In this document: positions 13,201 to 27,800 of the stretch, piece by piece
Position numbering within the stretch: position 1 is the stretch's first letter
Layout of the letters: each line of letters starts with the position of its first letter
The notes under the pieces: generated by a model
What the model was told of the DNA's origin: nothing
What the model saw: the letters and a program-made list of their open reading frames with translations, nothing else
Database searches by the model: none
Source of the DNA: Tubulanus polymorphus
Taxonomy: Eukaryota > Animalia > Nemertea
DNA length: 64,000 nucleotides
NCBI RefSeq assembly: GCF_964204645.1
Contig: NC_134028.1
Span: forward strand, 26,904,345-26,968,344
Direction of reading: 5' to 3'
Program-made: the position numbers and the translations under genes

Positions 13201-16200
13201 GTTTATCGGAAAAAATCTAACGTGTAAAAAGGTAAATGTCAAACGTACGCGATGAATTGGTCCGGGTTTATGCGTGAAGCGTACAATCTATTAACGCAAA
13301 AAAAAGAAAAAGGTAGACTGTAATGTCTGATGTGATATTCACAACGCGACCAGACCCCGTCTTAGGTAAATGAAATAGTTTGCGCTGTGCGCAAATTCCT
13401 GTTCGTCTGAATGATAATTTTTCGCGCATAAACTCGCGGCTTCAAATCGGATTTTCTCCCCGCACACGGAGCGAGCGCCGCTGGAAAACACTAAATAGGT
13501 TTCAGACGCTTTTTTACATCATTTCTCGTCGTAGTTTCATTAAAATATGAAGACGAATGAATTGCTATCGAATCGTGATTTGCCTGAACGAACACCGACA
13601 TCCAGCGCAGTCTATGCGCAGTGTTACATGTTTAGGTGTCGCAAAAAAGAAATGGCCTCCATAATGGTTTGTTCTCCGTATACCGCGATCCCTGTGACTT
13701 TAAAACAACTGCTTTATTGTCGACGTGTTGATTGCGGCACCGAAACTTATGTCAGCAGTTGAAATTGCCCAATTTTGCTTGCGAATCACACATACGTGCA
13801 ACACGAGTCGGTGTCGAATACGATCAATCGACGTATTGCGGTGCGGATATGAAGTGGTACAACATTGAAAACGGAACATTTTTACAAACATCAAATCTGA
13901 TTTCAAACTAGAATAACTTTTTCTTATATTCGAATGGTTTTCTAAAGATTATGACGTCACTTTCCCTCAGAATAACCGACTATTATAACCATAGATAATG
14001 CCATTCTCTATACAATTCCTACCAAGTATTGTCTAATTAAGAACGAATGGGCCACTGAGGATACTGTGGTGTACTGGTTACAATACGTCGTTACAAAATA
14101 TCATGCATGAATGAAATAACTTGAATTCGATCGGAGGATTGAGATATGGGGGCCTTATAAATAAGCATCTACGACCCGCGTTTTGTACCGGGTCTCAATG
14201 CTTCCTGCATCCGTATTGCGTATAAGTATAAGTACGCAGTTCCTTGTATTAATATAGTGTAAGTAATGTGATTAATCCAGTCTCTGACAACCATAGCCGC
14301 AAACATTCGCCTTGTCCGGCAATTCATAAAACAAACCCTTGAATCTACGATCTATTTCATCAGTCATGACTGCGTAGTCGGTATAAACACTTGTTATAGC
14401 GGCGCCATTTGAACGCGTTTGAGTCGTGCCTGGTCATTTACAGCACGAATAAATAGAGAGCGCATTTAATCGTTATTTACTGGACGTGTTTTATTACAAT
14501 TTGCAACACGAGGAAAAATACCGTATAAAACCAGCGAATATTCGCCCAATCAAAAACTATCAGAAAAACTGCTACCGTTACCTAATACACCACTCTCCTC
14601 TCCAGCCCTGAGTGACCGATACATAACACCCTAACTCATTCATTTAACGACTAATACAACACGTGAGAGTCGAGTCCATACTATACGCAGAAAGTAACGC
14701 GGTTATTGTTCCAAACTGCATTTTTTCTATCACAGCAAACATGATGTGACGGTATTCATCATCACCAGCTACAATCGTCTACATAAACTCGGGAATAAAC
14801 GGAATGTCCAGAAATGTTTGCAACGTATATGAAATGCGAACGGCTTATTGCGGGCGGAATTCGAACAGTTTAGTTTGGAGGAAACATAACTTTTAGAATG
14901 TTTCGGTTTATTTCTACTGCAAAATAGACTGAAATGATGAAAACCAAGGTCACGACCTGAAAGAAATAAAGGAATTTAATTAAACGCGTCACGGTTTTCT
15001 AAAAACGAGAGTTTCGAAGAATAGGCTTCGATCTAAGATGGGTGTTACTGTGGTGGTAGGGTTAGTGTTATCGGCTGAGATAATTCTCTGTAATAAGAAA
15101 GGGATTTTCTCGGATTTCGTTCATCGTGTCACTTGAAGGTCATGGACATAAAACACGCGACTGTAGCAAGCGTAATTCAACTATAATCTACCAGGTGTCA
15201 CTAGTGTGCAGTACGACGCTAGTTCCGAGAATAGTCTTTATTTCACACTGTAGTTATAGTTCAATGAACCGAAAATGATATACATCATTTAAACGAAATG
15301 ATCAGATCATGTGTGATACAGGTCGTACTGTACTAACTGAACTTCAGTGGCAAACATCGGCGAGTAATTCTACAACAGGAACGCGTCGTCTCATCGGTAC
15401 CGTTTCACGCGTTTAAAGCTTCAACGACCGGCGGGTTATCACTCTTCCGAGGCCTGTATACCGTCAATGATAGGCAGTCGAGTGTAAAAACATTCCAATC
15501 AAACCAATACTACACAATCTGCGTCAAACTGTTAAACCAGGTCACCGTGTAAGTGAATATATAATCGTGCGGCAAATTAGCAAAAATCAGAAGGCGACGG
15601 CGGAAACTTCATTAGAGATTGAAATAACGTCTCGAGCGAATAATCGTGAATACCATGCAAAAAATAAAGAGAGAAAGAATTGTTTTATTTATTGCCTTAG
15701 GCTCAGTATTTTTATCGAAAGCGTTCACAATCAAGCGTGTAAAAAGATGGCAATACTCTGGTTATTCGGAATGTATAAGAGTAGACTGAGAATGTCGATA
15801 TCAGGGAACACGGATTCTCGTTGTCGTACAGCGCCGTACAACCGCCGGCGGGTACGGTTATCAGGCCAAAACCGTGTTTTAGCGCAGACTCCTTACACTA
15901 TTTAACCACCAGGTGCGCTCGGCCAAATCCATTTCTGTAAGAAGAAGATTAAAGTAATAAAACACCGCTCCTGTTACTCGAAGTAAGAAAGAAGGAAGAG
16001 CAAGAAAAACGATGTCAAATTTTGTGAATAGGAATCCAGTGTCAACACATTCACAATTAGACAAAGGTTCTGACTTCGATTGTCGAAATAGGGAGGTCAT
16101 GGTATAAGCTCAATGGCCCTCGATAAATCAACAACTTTTTAAAATCAACATATTCTATCTTTAAGCGTATTTACACATCTTCGTAATAAGAATTGGTACT

Positions 16201-18290
16201 TGTAATGTTATAAACCCTTACAGTGTATACGGTAAACCTTATTATTTTTGCTTTATCGGGTTAAGAAAAAATTTTGTTTTTATTCCTAAGTCTAAACCCT
16301 CGTGGACTATCAACAAACGCTCATTTTATCAGCATTCGCTTTGTTATTATTTTATCCATACTGATATTGGAAGGTATCGTTTTTGTCGACTAAAGAACGA
16401 TCTACTTTCCATTCATCTGTATTTTCATAAGAGAAGATTCCGTGATTCGCTCGCGCTTTTGTCAATAGTTTTTTCACGATATCGCTCTTATATCGGTAAT
16501 ACTTAGTCTCGCAATTGATTTATGATATTGTAACTGTATTAAACTACTCTTGTATGTAACAAGATTCGGACGTAAATCCTACCAATATTTTATACGTATG
16601 GATTTCCGATGGTTGAAATCAAACGGTTGCCGATCTCTGCAGCAGCGGCAGCAGCAGCAGTAGCAGCATTAGCGCACTAATAAATCTAGTTTGTTAGTGG
16701 ATTTTATCCTATTTCGGCGTCATCCCGACCGAATGAGAAATTAGGTTTGGACAAGGATCAAAATGTCGAATGTATTCGGGTTAAGTATGAATATTTCACA
16801 ACGGCAAATTCTTGATTAGTTTCGCTTGATTGATTTGTCGAAAAGTGACGATTCGATCAGAGAATTTCAAATACAACATCGACCAACAATACTAGCACCC
16901 GACAAATTACTGTATTCAACAACATCAGGCACGGAATGTTTTTGCTTCATAGATCGCGTTTTATCGAAAGAATACTCGATTTCGTCGTTTGAGTCTTTGT
17001 TTTAAATTCTATACGACGACATTGAATAAACATTGCACAAAGATCTTATTCTAACATTGACCTCGATTAGACAATCTCAGACACCATAAACAACAATAAA
17101 ATCTCGTTTCGAATTCCATTTCACGTTAATTTACATATTATTGTACAAACTTAATTTCCTTTACAGTTTTCGAGATTTACCGAACGTCGGTAATGCGTTC
17201 AAAGAAAAGCTTTATTGTAGCTCTTGATGTTCGCTACTAGCGCTGTATTTAGTTTTATGGAAGACCTTGTTACCAATCTACGATGTCGTCAATTTTTATC
17301 GGTAGTTCGTCCGTCTCGAGGGTACGGTCAGCGTGACTCTAAAATCCGGGATACACACGATGAACTGTATTACTATCAGCTCGTGATCGCATCACAACTC
17401 GGTGAATAATTCATGACTGCGCGCGACACTGGCCGAGCTCGGTGAAAGTCACCAGATACCATTCAGGAAGTCGGTTTCATATTTCTGGTCACAAACATGA
17501 TAAAGTTATTCTAATAAATCATCGAGATACATTTGAATAAAGTTGTTCTCCACAGTCGAGCGCGGCGACCTCCTCCGCGTACAAACAGAACAACTTAAAC
17601 ATTAATTTTGATGTACGCAGTTTCTCAAAAACAAGCCGACAACCGCAAGAAAGAAAGATTGAAAAATATAATACGATTGAACTAAAAATGGTTCCCATAC
17701 AAAAACGAATTAAGAATTTCACGAATATCTACTTTAAATGTACGTCGCCATTATCGACTTGAATTCCTCAGATTCTCCAGGAACGAGGAGGTGCCAAATT
17801 CAACATGAAAGGCCTTTGAATGAATGCAAAACTGGACCGTAGAGGATATCACAACGACGATTCATACATAAGAAAGTAATAAATTCATAAGTATCCAGAG
17901 TATCGCTGTGGTCCGTGAATGTGTCTCATTCTGTTACGATGTGTGATCGGTCCTCGTCTAAACCACTGCGTCACGCAAATAAAATGAGTAAAAAGTAACT
18001 TCAGATGTACTGTGCAGTAGTAGATAGACGTAACGCCGCCGTCCATTTCATGAATTCTACCCATGCAACTTCTCCTTTAGCGGCTTAATGTTTGTGTCAA
18101 ATCTAACACAATCGGAATATCATCTTTCGTAACGCCAACTAATCGAAATAACGCAAGTTTTTCTTCTTCCAAAAAAACTTACGTTATTTTAAGGACTGGA
18201 ATTGTATAATAGAGGTATTTCCGGATTTTATACAAAACTCAAGCCGTTTGATTTTTAATGTTATATCATCTATTCGAGAAAGACGAGACG

Positions 18291-18321
<31 letters not shown>

Positions 18322-19127
18322 TATATGTATACTTAATTAATACCCAACAGTGGAAGCCAAAGGAAATCAAATTAATCCCATAACAGCGAACGTAGCTTAT
18401 TAAATACGACATGTCTGTGTATAGTTGACCGATTCTTACTCCCTGTAATTCTCGCACCGGTCAACTCGACAGTAGACTCTTCTGTTACCCCTGTTAGCCA
18501 TGTTACCCATGTTACCCCTGTTTCCCATGTCACCCCTGTTAGTCCTGTTACCCTGTTACCGCTGTTTGCCCTATCGCTTGTCTCGCCATAATAAAAACGA
18601 ATAAAAAGCCTTATACACGTCAAAGTTCTCATTAATCCTGTTATTTGTAGAAGGTATCAGTGAATTAGATTCAGACGGATTTCTTTATTGACTCAGAACT
18701 TCACTGTTTCCTATACTCATAGTTCAGGAAGCTCTAGTTATTCCTAATGTAAACACTATATGAGATCCGCAGATCTTTTCTAGAAACGATGTTTTTAATA
18801 TCGGAGTTCACACTGGAAGGTCTTAACACGACACCTTTCCCGCGCCGTACACGGACACGATTGGGTCTCCATATCGTATCGTCGCCTAGTGCTTTCAACG
18901 AAAAAAAAGATACGCGAATATTGCGTTTGAAAGATGCGTCTGATGTGACCCGGTGATACGAGATTCGTGAAGCTAGAATTGATTTTCCTAAAGAGGAAAA
19001 GAAAAATCGCGTTCGTGGATTAACGACTACTTAAGCGCAGCTGCCGAAACATAGCTCGTCAGATCTGGGGTTGAATTCGCGTCGGTAAATTGAAAAATTG
19101 TTACAACAGCAGCAACATCCATCCTCA

Positions 19128-19128
19128 C

Positions 19129-19181
<53 letters not shown>

Positions 19182-19198
19182 GCAACAACAGCAGCAGC
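19128..19198 (+). repeat. (CAG)n microsatellite
   Basis: Direct reading, with a few CAA/CGG interruptions. Confidence 0.93.
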
Positions 19199-20624
19199 AT
19201 CTTTTAAGGGATTTTCTTTTATTCGTCGTTCTGTTTGTTAGATCTGGACCCGGTATTATCTGTCGTCTATCCGCAGAAAGACGTTGTCTTTGTGATTGCG
19301 CGATATTGTCGTCAGTTCGTCGAGTAAAACATAGCAATTTTTGCCATTAAAAGTAATTATACGAAACGAAGGACTGTTAGCATTGACGTGGTCTTCCGTG
19401 AAGCGGTTGAACCTTTTCTATTATCCGTCGACGGAAAGAAGGGATGTTCTATTCGTTAGAAGAATACGAGCCGAATTCGAATGTAAATTGCTGTTTCTGA
19501 CTGTTATACTAATTAAACTTTTATAGCGTCGACTATTATTTCGAATTCTTCTCATGATTCGCTGATCAAAGTTGTAAGATGTAGAATTTTTTCCATCCCC
19601 GTTTGTCTCTTTCGGCGTGTAATTTCTGAGAAGCTCGACGAATTCTTAAGTTAAGATGGCCGGGTATGTAAGCTAGCCATTAAAGGGAATGCCTTGAATA
19701 GGAATAATTCTTCAAAAGACAGACGGACAAAGAGATAGATGAAGGATAAAATAGATAGCCGAGGTTAAAAAGTCAAACTTGTAAATTTTGTTTAAAAGCC
19801 AATAGGAAGACAGTAAACAAAAAGAGGATACGAATGAAAGGCTCGTTGCATAACGCTAGCATTAGTTCAGAGTTAAAACAGCTATAGTTTAAAGAGAAGA
19901 AAAAACGTCTGAAGTTTGAATTCAAATCAATACGTTGAATATTCAGAATATTCAGGCCTATACGTTCACGGCAAGAACGAGTAAAAATCGATACGAAATG
20001 CCGCTAAACTCTACTGAGATTAGTTTACGTACATATTTTGATGTCGGGTCGATCGATGTCCAGTACTATAGCGCCAGACCACTGCGGTCAGCGTGCCCGA
20101 ATGGTTGAGCCGAGCACGTCCCAGACCGGTCTCATAAAGAATAAGATGCCCCCACCCCCTCCCCCAAACAATAGATTTACGGATTAAGTGGAGAGTCATA
20201 ATGGTACTGCTGACCCCTAACCCCCACCTTAATCCTGAGATCTATTGTAAGGAGGCTCATGACACCGGCGGCACTGTACGACATCGAGCTTTTGCGAGCA
20301 TTTTTCTTAATGATTTATTATTTTCCAGTAAAACCCGGTTAATAAACTGTTGGTATATCGTATTTCACGTGATGAAAACGTCAGGCTCCGTGATTATTTA
20401 AGATGTGGCCCGCGCAGACTGTAGCCCGATAATCTTGAACTGTAAACTCGAATGCACAAAACATAATCATCATTTCCCTTCCGGGACTTAGTAAAGTTCA
20501 CATCAGTTCAGCAGTATCTATTATTGAGTAATGTTTATATAAATAGATTGCAGTCGATTCTCTTAAAAAGTGGATCTGGTCATTGCAGTGGAACCAAATA
20601 AACTAAACAACAGTGGTACTATAG

Positions 20625-21135
20625 TTATTGTGGTGGAACAGGCTCAGATTGTGGTTCAACAGGGTCAGATTGTGGTGCAACAGGCTCAGATTGTGGTTCA
20701 ACAGGGTCAGATTGTGGTGCAACAGGCTCAGATTGTGGTTCAACAGGGTCAGATTGTGGTGCAACAGGATCAGATTGTGGTAAATCTGACTGAGATTGGA
20801 GTGGAGCTGGCTCAGATTGGGGGTGGAACTGGCTCAGATTGTGGTGTTACTGGCTGACGCTGGTACCGTATAGCAGCCTGGTGGTACCGTATAGCAGCCT
20901 GGTGGTACCGTATAGCAGCCTGGTGGTACCGTATAGCAGCCTGGTGGTACCGTATAGCAGCCTGGTGGTACCGTATAGCAGCCTGGTGGTACCGTATAGC
21001 AGCCTGGTGGTACCGTATAGCAGCCTGGTGGTACCGTATAGCAGCCTGGTGGTACCGTATAGCAGCCTGGTGGTACCATATAGCAGCCTGGTGGTACCGT
21101 ATAGCAGCCTGGTGGTACCGTATAGCAGCCTGGTG
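20625..21135 (+). repeat. Two adjacent 21-bp minisatellites (CAACAGGCTCAGATTGTGGTT-type; TGGTGGTACCGTATAGCAGCC x ~13)
   Basis: Direct reading; junction at ~20850-20860. Confidence 0.93.
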
Positions 21136-22285
21136 GTTAGTTAAAACTAAACTATAACATATGTTGTTGCTTACTCGAATCCAACTGATGACTATAAATT
21201 CATCGGGAGCCTCCACATTTCCTGCATTTCATTGAATGACAGTAAAACAAACTACTGCAAAATGAATCATTCATTCACAATCACAGACTCAGAACGGAAA
21301 CCGTACTGATCTAATGACAGTCCCGCGACGAGAGATTACGTTACTCTACGAGAGAACACGAGATCGACCGACTGGTCTGTTTAGAACACGTCTATCCTCG
21401 CCGCCAAATTGGCACCCGATCAAACATATCAGAAACCTTAAAGATAAATTAACGTCGGTTTTCACTCGCTGCATAAACATCCCTCGGTTAAAAATCAACT
21501 GTTTAGATTACTACTCGCGTACAGGAAATTCGATTTCAACCACTCCTGAGGTCTACACAGTCGCTTTCTATTAGTTTTATTCTGGTTTTCTGCGTCCAGA
21601 ATCCCGAGTTGTTTCTTAGCTCGCACGCGCCGCGCGGTATTCAGTCGTCAAGCCGTCTGCAAAACATGATCTCTTTTTTGTAAGAGCGGGGAATACAAGA
21701 AAATTGAGTCACGAAATGGCGAAAAAATTTTGGCTCGACGGCGTCAGCGACGGCGATGATATTACCATAGATTCTTGTATTCCATCTATAAACATGACTT
21801 AAACAGCGATGAAGTAAGACGCAGGAGGTATTGTTGCCGCTATCAGGTGACACGCACACACCGGGCCGAATGTATGACATGATCTATAATAACATTGTTG
21901 CACCAAATAATCTCCACATACTCGATGACATCTCGGAGACAATAATGACAGTTACAAATCACCGAGCTATACACTGATACATGTAAAATGATTGATGATA
22001 CTTTCATCTGGTTCGTTACAATTTCTCGACTTAGATGAAATCGTTGATATAACCATACGCCGCAGATAGTCTGTCTGAAAATCACTGAAAGATTGTATCA
22101 TCCATTAGTTCGAGTTTTCAATCCGATGATAAAATGTCTGCCATTTGTTTTACGCGAAACATTTCATAATTTGTCCTTTTCTCAAAAAGACGACAATTAA
22201 TGAACCGACTGATCTGACTGAAATGTACAAATGGTATCAGCAATGTGAAATGTAAAATTGAAATGAAAAGATCGTGAAAAGAAAT

Positions 22286-22358
22286 GGGTTCCAGTGGGTT
22301 TCGAACCCGCGACCTTCTGCGTGTTAAGCAGATGTGATAACCACTACACCATGGAACC
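22286..22358 (-). tRNA. tRNA-Val (anticodon AAC)
   Basis: Reverse complement: GGTTCCA TGGTGTAGTGGTTATCACA TCTGC TTAACAC GCAGA AGGTC GCGGG TTCGAAA CCCAC TGGAACC C. Perfect acceptor and anticodon stems, A/B boxes, and TTTT ~6 nt downstream. One T-stem mismatch. Confidence 0.88.
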
Positions 22359-24656
22359 AGTTGTCACGGTCGCAAAATTCAATGAGTGCAATATTGAGTG
22401 AGTGCAATCAATCGCAGCCGATTGACAGATTTACACTGAAAATGTATCGACGTCTCCCTCGCATTCCAACAATTCGTAACTTTTCTTAAGTTATTTTTGT
22501 GGATCCATTAATTTTGAAACACATCAAGTCAGAACGTTATAGTGTGGTAGGCCTATAGCGCTGCCAGAATCATGATTGATGGTTATTACAACAGGCCCTG
22601 TTTGGTTTTAGATCATTCAAAGCTCATTTTTGTTCATTAACCGAGGTAACAATTTAATACCAGTCTTAGTTGATTTTAGTTCTATTAAGGTACGAACTAA
22701 TCTAGACCCAGGTTTGTATTTAAGTTGGCTCGAACTGGACCCAGGGGCTGAATCCATTATCGAGACGTGAAAGTCCAGAAATGTTCTTAAATTATTTGAA
22801 AACTGGTTCAAGAGTTGTTAGATTGGTAATTACATAACTAAGTTGGTATTATACTGGTCGTAGGTCTAAGCTACGGCTGTTGAACTGTGGGCCCACGACT
22901 CTCACGACATTCGCACCGGCATGTTTCAATGAAGAATGTAAGTCGACTACTAGCTCTGAATGCTAGCTCTGAATACTAGCTCTGATCTCCGATCTCTGAT
23001 ATTTGTGTATTAACTTCTGTTATTTTCGGATCATTAATTCGCCTCGATCTCTGGAACAGACACTGTATATCATATATCACAATCAACCAAACAACTGCGG
23101 CGTGAAGATAAATAAACTATCACTGCGTGAACTCATCGAACTGTGATGTTTGTTATTTCAGTTAATTTTGACCGTACAAGAAAAACTGTACAAACATTCA
23201 GTAACATCAATCTTGGAATTCTGATTACTCCGAGCATCACTGGTTCTAACACCAAATCCTTATAAATATTCTGTCAAATACGTACATCTCAAAATTCAAT
23301 AACAAACTCAAATGAGCGACTTGTGGAACTAAATTCGAATCTTCTATTTGCCGATCAAAAGCCACAAAAAGAATATTTGCATATGATGCGATGCGTTACT
23401 TATTGAATTTATTCCGGTTTCCTGGTTTTTGTGAAGCCTATGCGAGTAATGAAATTTGTCATGTATTTTGTACTGACAACAAATATAATAAAGAATCGCT
23501 TTTGAAGTGTTGTATATAGCATTTGACGAAGAATGCGCACGACCGGCGCAACTGGAAAAGGTCTGACTGTGTGGGGGGAGAGTACGTGCAGTGAGTGGGA
23601 GAGAAGAGGGAGATGGGAAGAGGGATAGTTGAGGACAGGGATAAAGCGCTAGGGAAAGATGGAGTTTGGATGGAGAATGAGAGAGACAGGGTCTTTTATT
23701 CCAAAACCCTTAATTTCAAAATAACTGTACACACTTATTAGTTACAAGCTGCTATAATGTTTAAATGTTTCAGTCTAATGTAAAGTGTTATGACTATGTT
23801 TCTATAGAGTTGTGCTGTTTAAGCAAATATATTATTGTTATCATAATTAACGAACTGCGACGAACCGCCTAAAATCCGAAAAAAAGTTCGCATTGAAAAC
23901 TAATAAAAGAAATCTATTGAAGTTGTGAGCTTGTGCTACTCCAGGTCCAGTTGGCCTACATGTACTCATAAATAGCAATGAACTACATCGGAAGTAAGCT
24001 TCGAACTGCGAGAGTATTTGCGCCATCACAAATTGACGTTTTACCTTCGAGCGCAGTTTCCACCAAACTGTCCGTATTATTAAAAAGGAAAGCGAGCAGC
24101 CCGTAGTGACGCTACTGCACGGGCTAGGCTGGAGACCAGTGCGCGTGTGTGTAATAATTCATTATTATAAAAGCTCAGGACTCGGATTCGAATCGGCGCC
24201 AACTCGACTATGATAATATCCCGGATAGATTCTCCATTAGTTTATTCAGCGGATTTCGTAAATACGAATATCGCGCTGTATTCGTTTAATCACGTTTTAT
24301 CACTGGTATACTACGTCATCGAGGAAAGGATTACTAATGATGGAGGGAGAAAAAATTATAGAGATTGTCAGATTTGCGAGCGGCATGTTCCCGCTACCTC
24401 GTACACACTGTATTTATTATTAATAGACGCTTTAACTCAGTGTTGTAACAATAACCGTTCATATCTTCGCAATTTTGTGCATGCTTCCAGGTATCTTAGC
24501 AAACTGGTGCAACAAAACTATGCCTATCCTCCGATGAACTTACATTCGACCACTTGTTGCAGTAAATAGAAATCGCATGAAGTCGCTCCAGCCCAGTAAG
24601 AGTATTCGATTGAAAATCGGGCGATTTTCTTCCTAGAAAAACCTACAGGTATATTT

Positions 24657-24823
24657 TTAGCCCATAGACACGGCACCTGGAGACAGAAACATGTTTACGG
24701 GCGTTTCCCTGTGTCACGTGCCTTAATGAGAAACGTGAAACGTGGTTTCGGGAGGAGTTTTTGAGATGAAACATGTTAATTTCCGTGTTCCTTGTTTCGC
24801 TGCGTCGTGTGCGTTCAGCTTTA
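24657..24823. mobile_element. MITE family C copy
   Basis: Ends in gctgcgtcgtgtgcgttcagcttta; internal gaaac/gtttc motifs. Confidence 0.5.
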
Positions 24824-27800
24824 CAGTTATCCACTCAGAGTTTTCTTAACCCACGTTCACATAAGTTTTCGGGAAGGACCCGAATGTAAGTACGGAAATT
24901 AAAATATTGTGCTCAATACTGAACGGATAACGATCGCAGAAATTAGAAGTTTCTTAGCTATAAAATACTCGACGATATGATGGGTTTACACACAAACACA
25001 ACGCGTTATGACGCGGCACTTTTCATTATCACATACTCAACTATACATGCATCACGAAACATGACTTGTGCATTTCGACAGACATTAATAACCAACACGG
25101 CGACCGTCGCTAAAAAATCAACGGGAAAAGTTTGTTCTCGGTAAACACGTGGAAGGCGTGTGTGTGTGTTGAATATTAATCGGCGACTATCACTGATTTC
25201 CGGCGAGACTTGAGTCAATAAAGAAAGAGGTTGTTATCGTGATGAGGTGTACTTACGACACTTTCACCTACTCTCACTGTTTTTAGTCTGATGTTTTCCT
25301 CAGTTTCTTACGTCTTCAAACGATATAAAAATGTCAGAATTGATGAAATGGATTGTTTATTCTTTAACGATTAACAGCACTCAGTAGTTTGAGAAGTAAT
25401 GACGGTGTTGTTGGCGAAAAAAATTCAGAAAATGTTGGAAAATAAACACATATTTCATTAATTCTGTGATTTGTAGTTTCATTTCGTATTCAACAAACAA
25501 ATGGAAATTCCCAGCCAGGAATGAGCGTGATTATAGAATTTTGGTTAATGAACTTTTTTTGTAAGTGAAAGAATATTCATGATTAACTTTTAACGTAACA
25601 TTTTAAATACTTGTGAAATATCTTCCATGGAGATACAGAATAGATCCAAAACTTAGAATTGACCCCGGCCGGTCATAACATCTAGTCCGATATCGCTGGT
25701 ATATGACTTTTCAAATATGCGGCGCTGCGCGCACTCGGATCAATTAAAGATTGTATCTAAAAGATTAATATCCGTGAAAATTGAGTGAGTGCATATGATA
25801 CTTTTTATCGTTCAATGTATCAAGCCGCTAATCACGGGTCTAATCTACCAGTAATCTGCCGTCCCTGAACGTCGGGGAATCGTTAATAAAACATTAGAAA
25901 ATATACATCGGTCATGGACTTTCCCGTAATAAATCTATTTTCGCTGAATTGCTAATGATAGTTTCGCAGTTTATTCGTGTTAATGGAGTTTGAAACTTTC
26001 ATGACACGTTTTTATAACATCTTTATTTGGCTTAATTAAATTATTGATTCAAACGCCACCTGTTTTACCACTTTGAATACGATTCTAAGATATGAAATGT
26101 TCCCAGGGCGTTTAGCGTTTTGATATAGTTGAGTAGAATTCGCAATGCTGAGGGAGGAATACGGCGTACGATGCAATGAGAGTGAAATCCCTGGCGGGGG
26201 TGGAACGTGACAGAGTCTCGCGATGTTTTTTCCAACTCGACCGCTGAAGAGGGCGGAGAGGAAAGTTACATCTTTAGGTAAATCGTTAATCTAAATCACA
26301 GGAGAAAAGAACACGAAGTTTATTTTCAGGTCCTAAGTGAACGTTCCGTCAAGTCTATACCTTATTTCTGGAGCAGTGAAATCTGCGGTAATGGCTTCCA
26401 TCCGCTCTCGTCCGTCTGTCCAACGACTAATGGGCAATTTTCGAAATTCGTCGCAAATTGATGTTATCGGATAGAGGATTCAACAGTCACTGATGATAGC
26501 CAGCACGACAATAATACGCCAGCCTATTATGATTTATCATAATGGCGGGAAATTCTATTCATGTATGGAAAGGTATCATCTACACAAATCATCGCCGTGT
26601 ATTCGTGGGTTTAGAAATATTCGAGATGGAACGCGCGCGCGGGAGGGAGGAAAACTTTTAGCGGGCGGGAGGGAGAGAAACTTTTACCGTTTGATGTCGA
26701 CTTCGTACGTGTTTTTCATTATTAACGTCAATATTTTAAATCAGACGGATCCGAGCCGATATCGGAGGGAGTCTCCATTAGTAAATCCATTAGGAATAGA
26801 TGTTCATTGAATTAATTCAAGAAATAGACAGATTGATGAGACGCCGACTTGGAGTCCATCAGCAAATGGCCAAACATTCTATCGGTTGAAGGTAATGTAT
26901 TGGTTGAAGAATTAGAGGTAGTTTTCTGCGCGTAAAGCTGCAGTAAGTTGCTGCCGCACGCAGTCGATTCATTCTCGTTATATCTGTCACTGTCTGATCA
27001 ATTATTCTTCGTAAACTCGAGACGTACGTTTAGTTTTTATACACACCAGAAGAAATCGCTAAGATTGCAGCGAAACGTACCGTATAAAGTACATCCCGAT
27101 TGAGAGACTGGAGTTGTTTAATTAAACGGCGCCAAGTTTAGGATTGGTCAACTGAAATTAGATTAATCAGTTAAATTAGTTTTTTTTCCTGATGATTGAA
27201 CGTGTTTTAAAGTTTCGAAGAAAATTAATGCCATAAAATGCCTAAACATCTCGAAATAGATTGGCTATGATCCTGTACAGAAACAGGTATTAGTTGAACA
27301 AAAGTAAGTAAAAGTTAGGACAGAGTGAAAATTCAAAGTGCATTTGCCCTGCCTTGACTTAAGTATACATAAAATGCGGTCTTGGATTATGTTGTTAGGT
27401 CCAAGCATGACTAAGCATTCTACCCCAGTTTGACCGATTGATTCCTGTTCATTTGGATTAGACTTTGAGTTTTCAGCCGCTATTTTACAATAAATCGAAT
27501 AAGCAGAGTTTATATCTTTTTCTATATAACTCTGGATCCTGATGGTCGAATGTTCTATCGTGTTTAAGAGTTGCTCGCAATGAAGACCTACTATCTGATT
27601 TTCAGATCAAGTTCTTTTTCAGCAGTTTTATTCCCCAGAACGTGAGTTGCATGCCGTACCTGATCTTTTGAAGGCGATAGAGAGAGAGTATATGTATATG
27701 TATATGTGTTTAAACCGATCTTCTTTACATCTCCAAGAAAATACATTCCTTCCCAAGTCGGAGACCTGCACAAATCAGTTGGTGTTAAACAGATAAAAAA

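Noticed and set aside
19090-19350. PolyQ / polyC protein
   Set aside because: CAG microsatellite; flanks do not resemble a known protein and show no clear exon structure.
20570-21216. Repetitive ORFs (VVQQAQI, YHQAAIR, VPPGCYT)
   Set aside because: 21-bp minisatellites with no flanking coding context.
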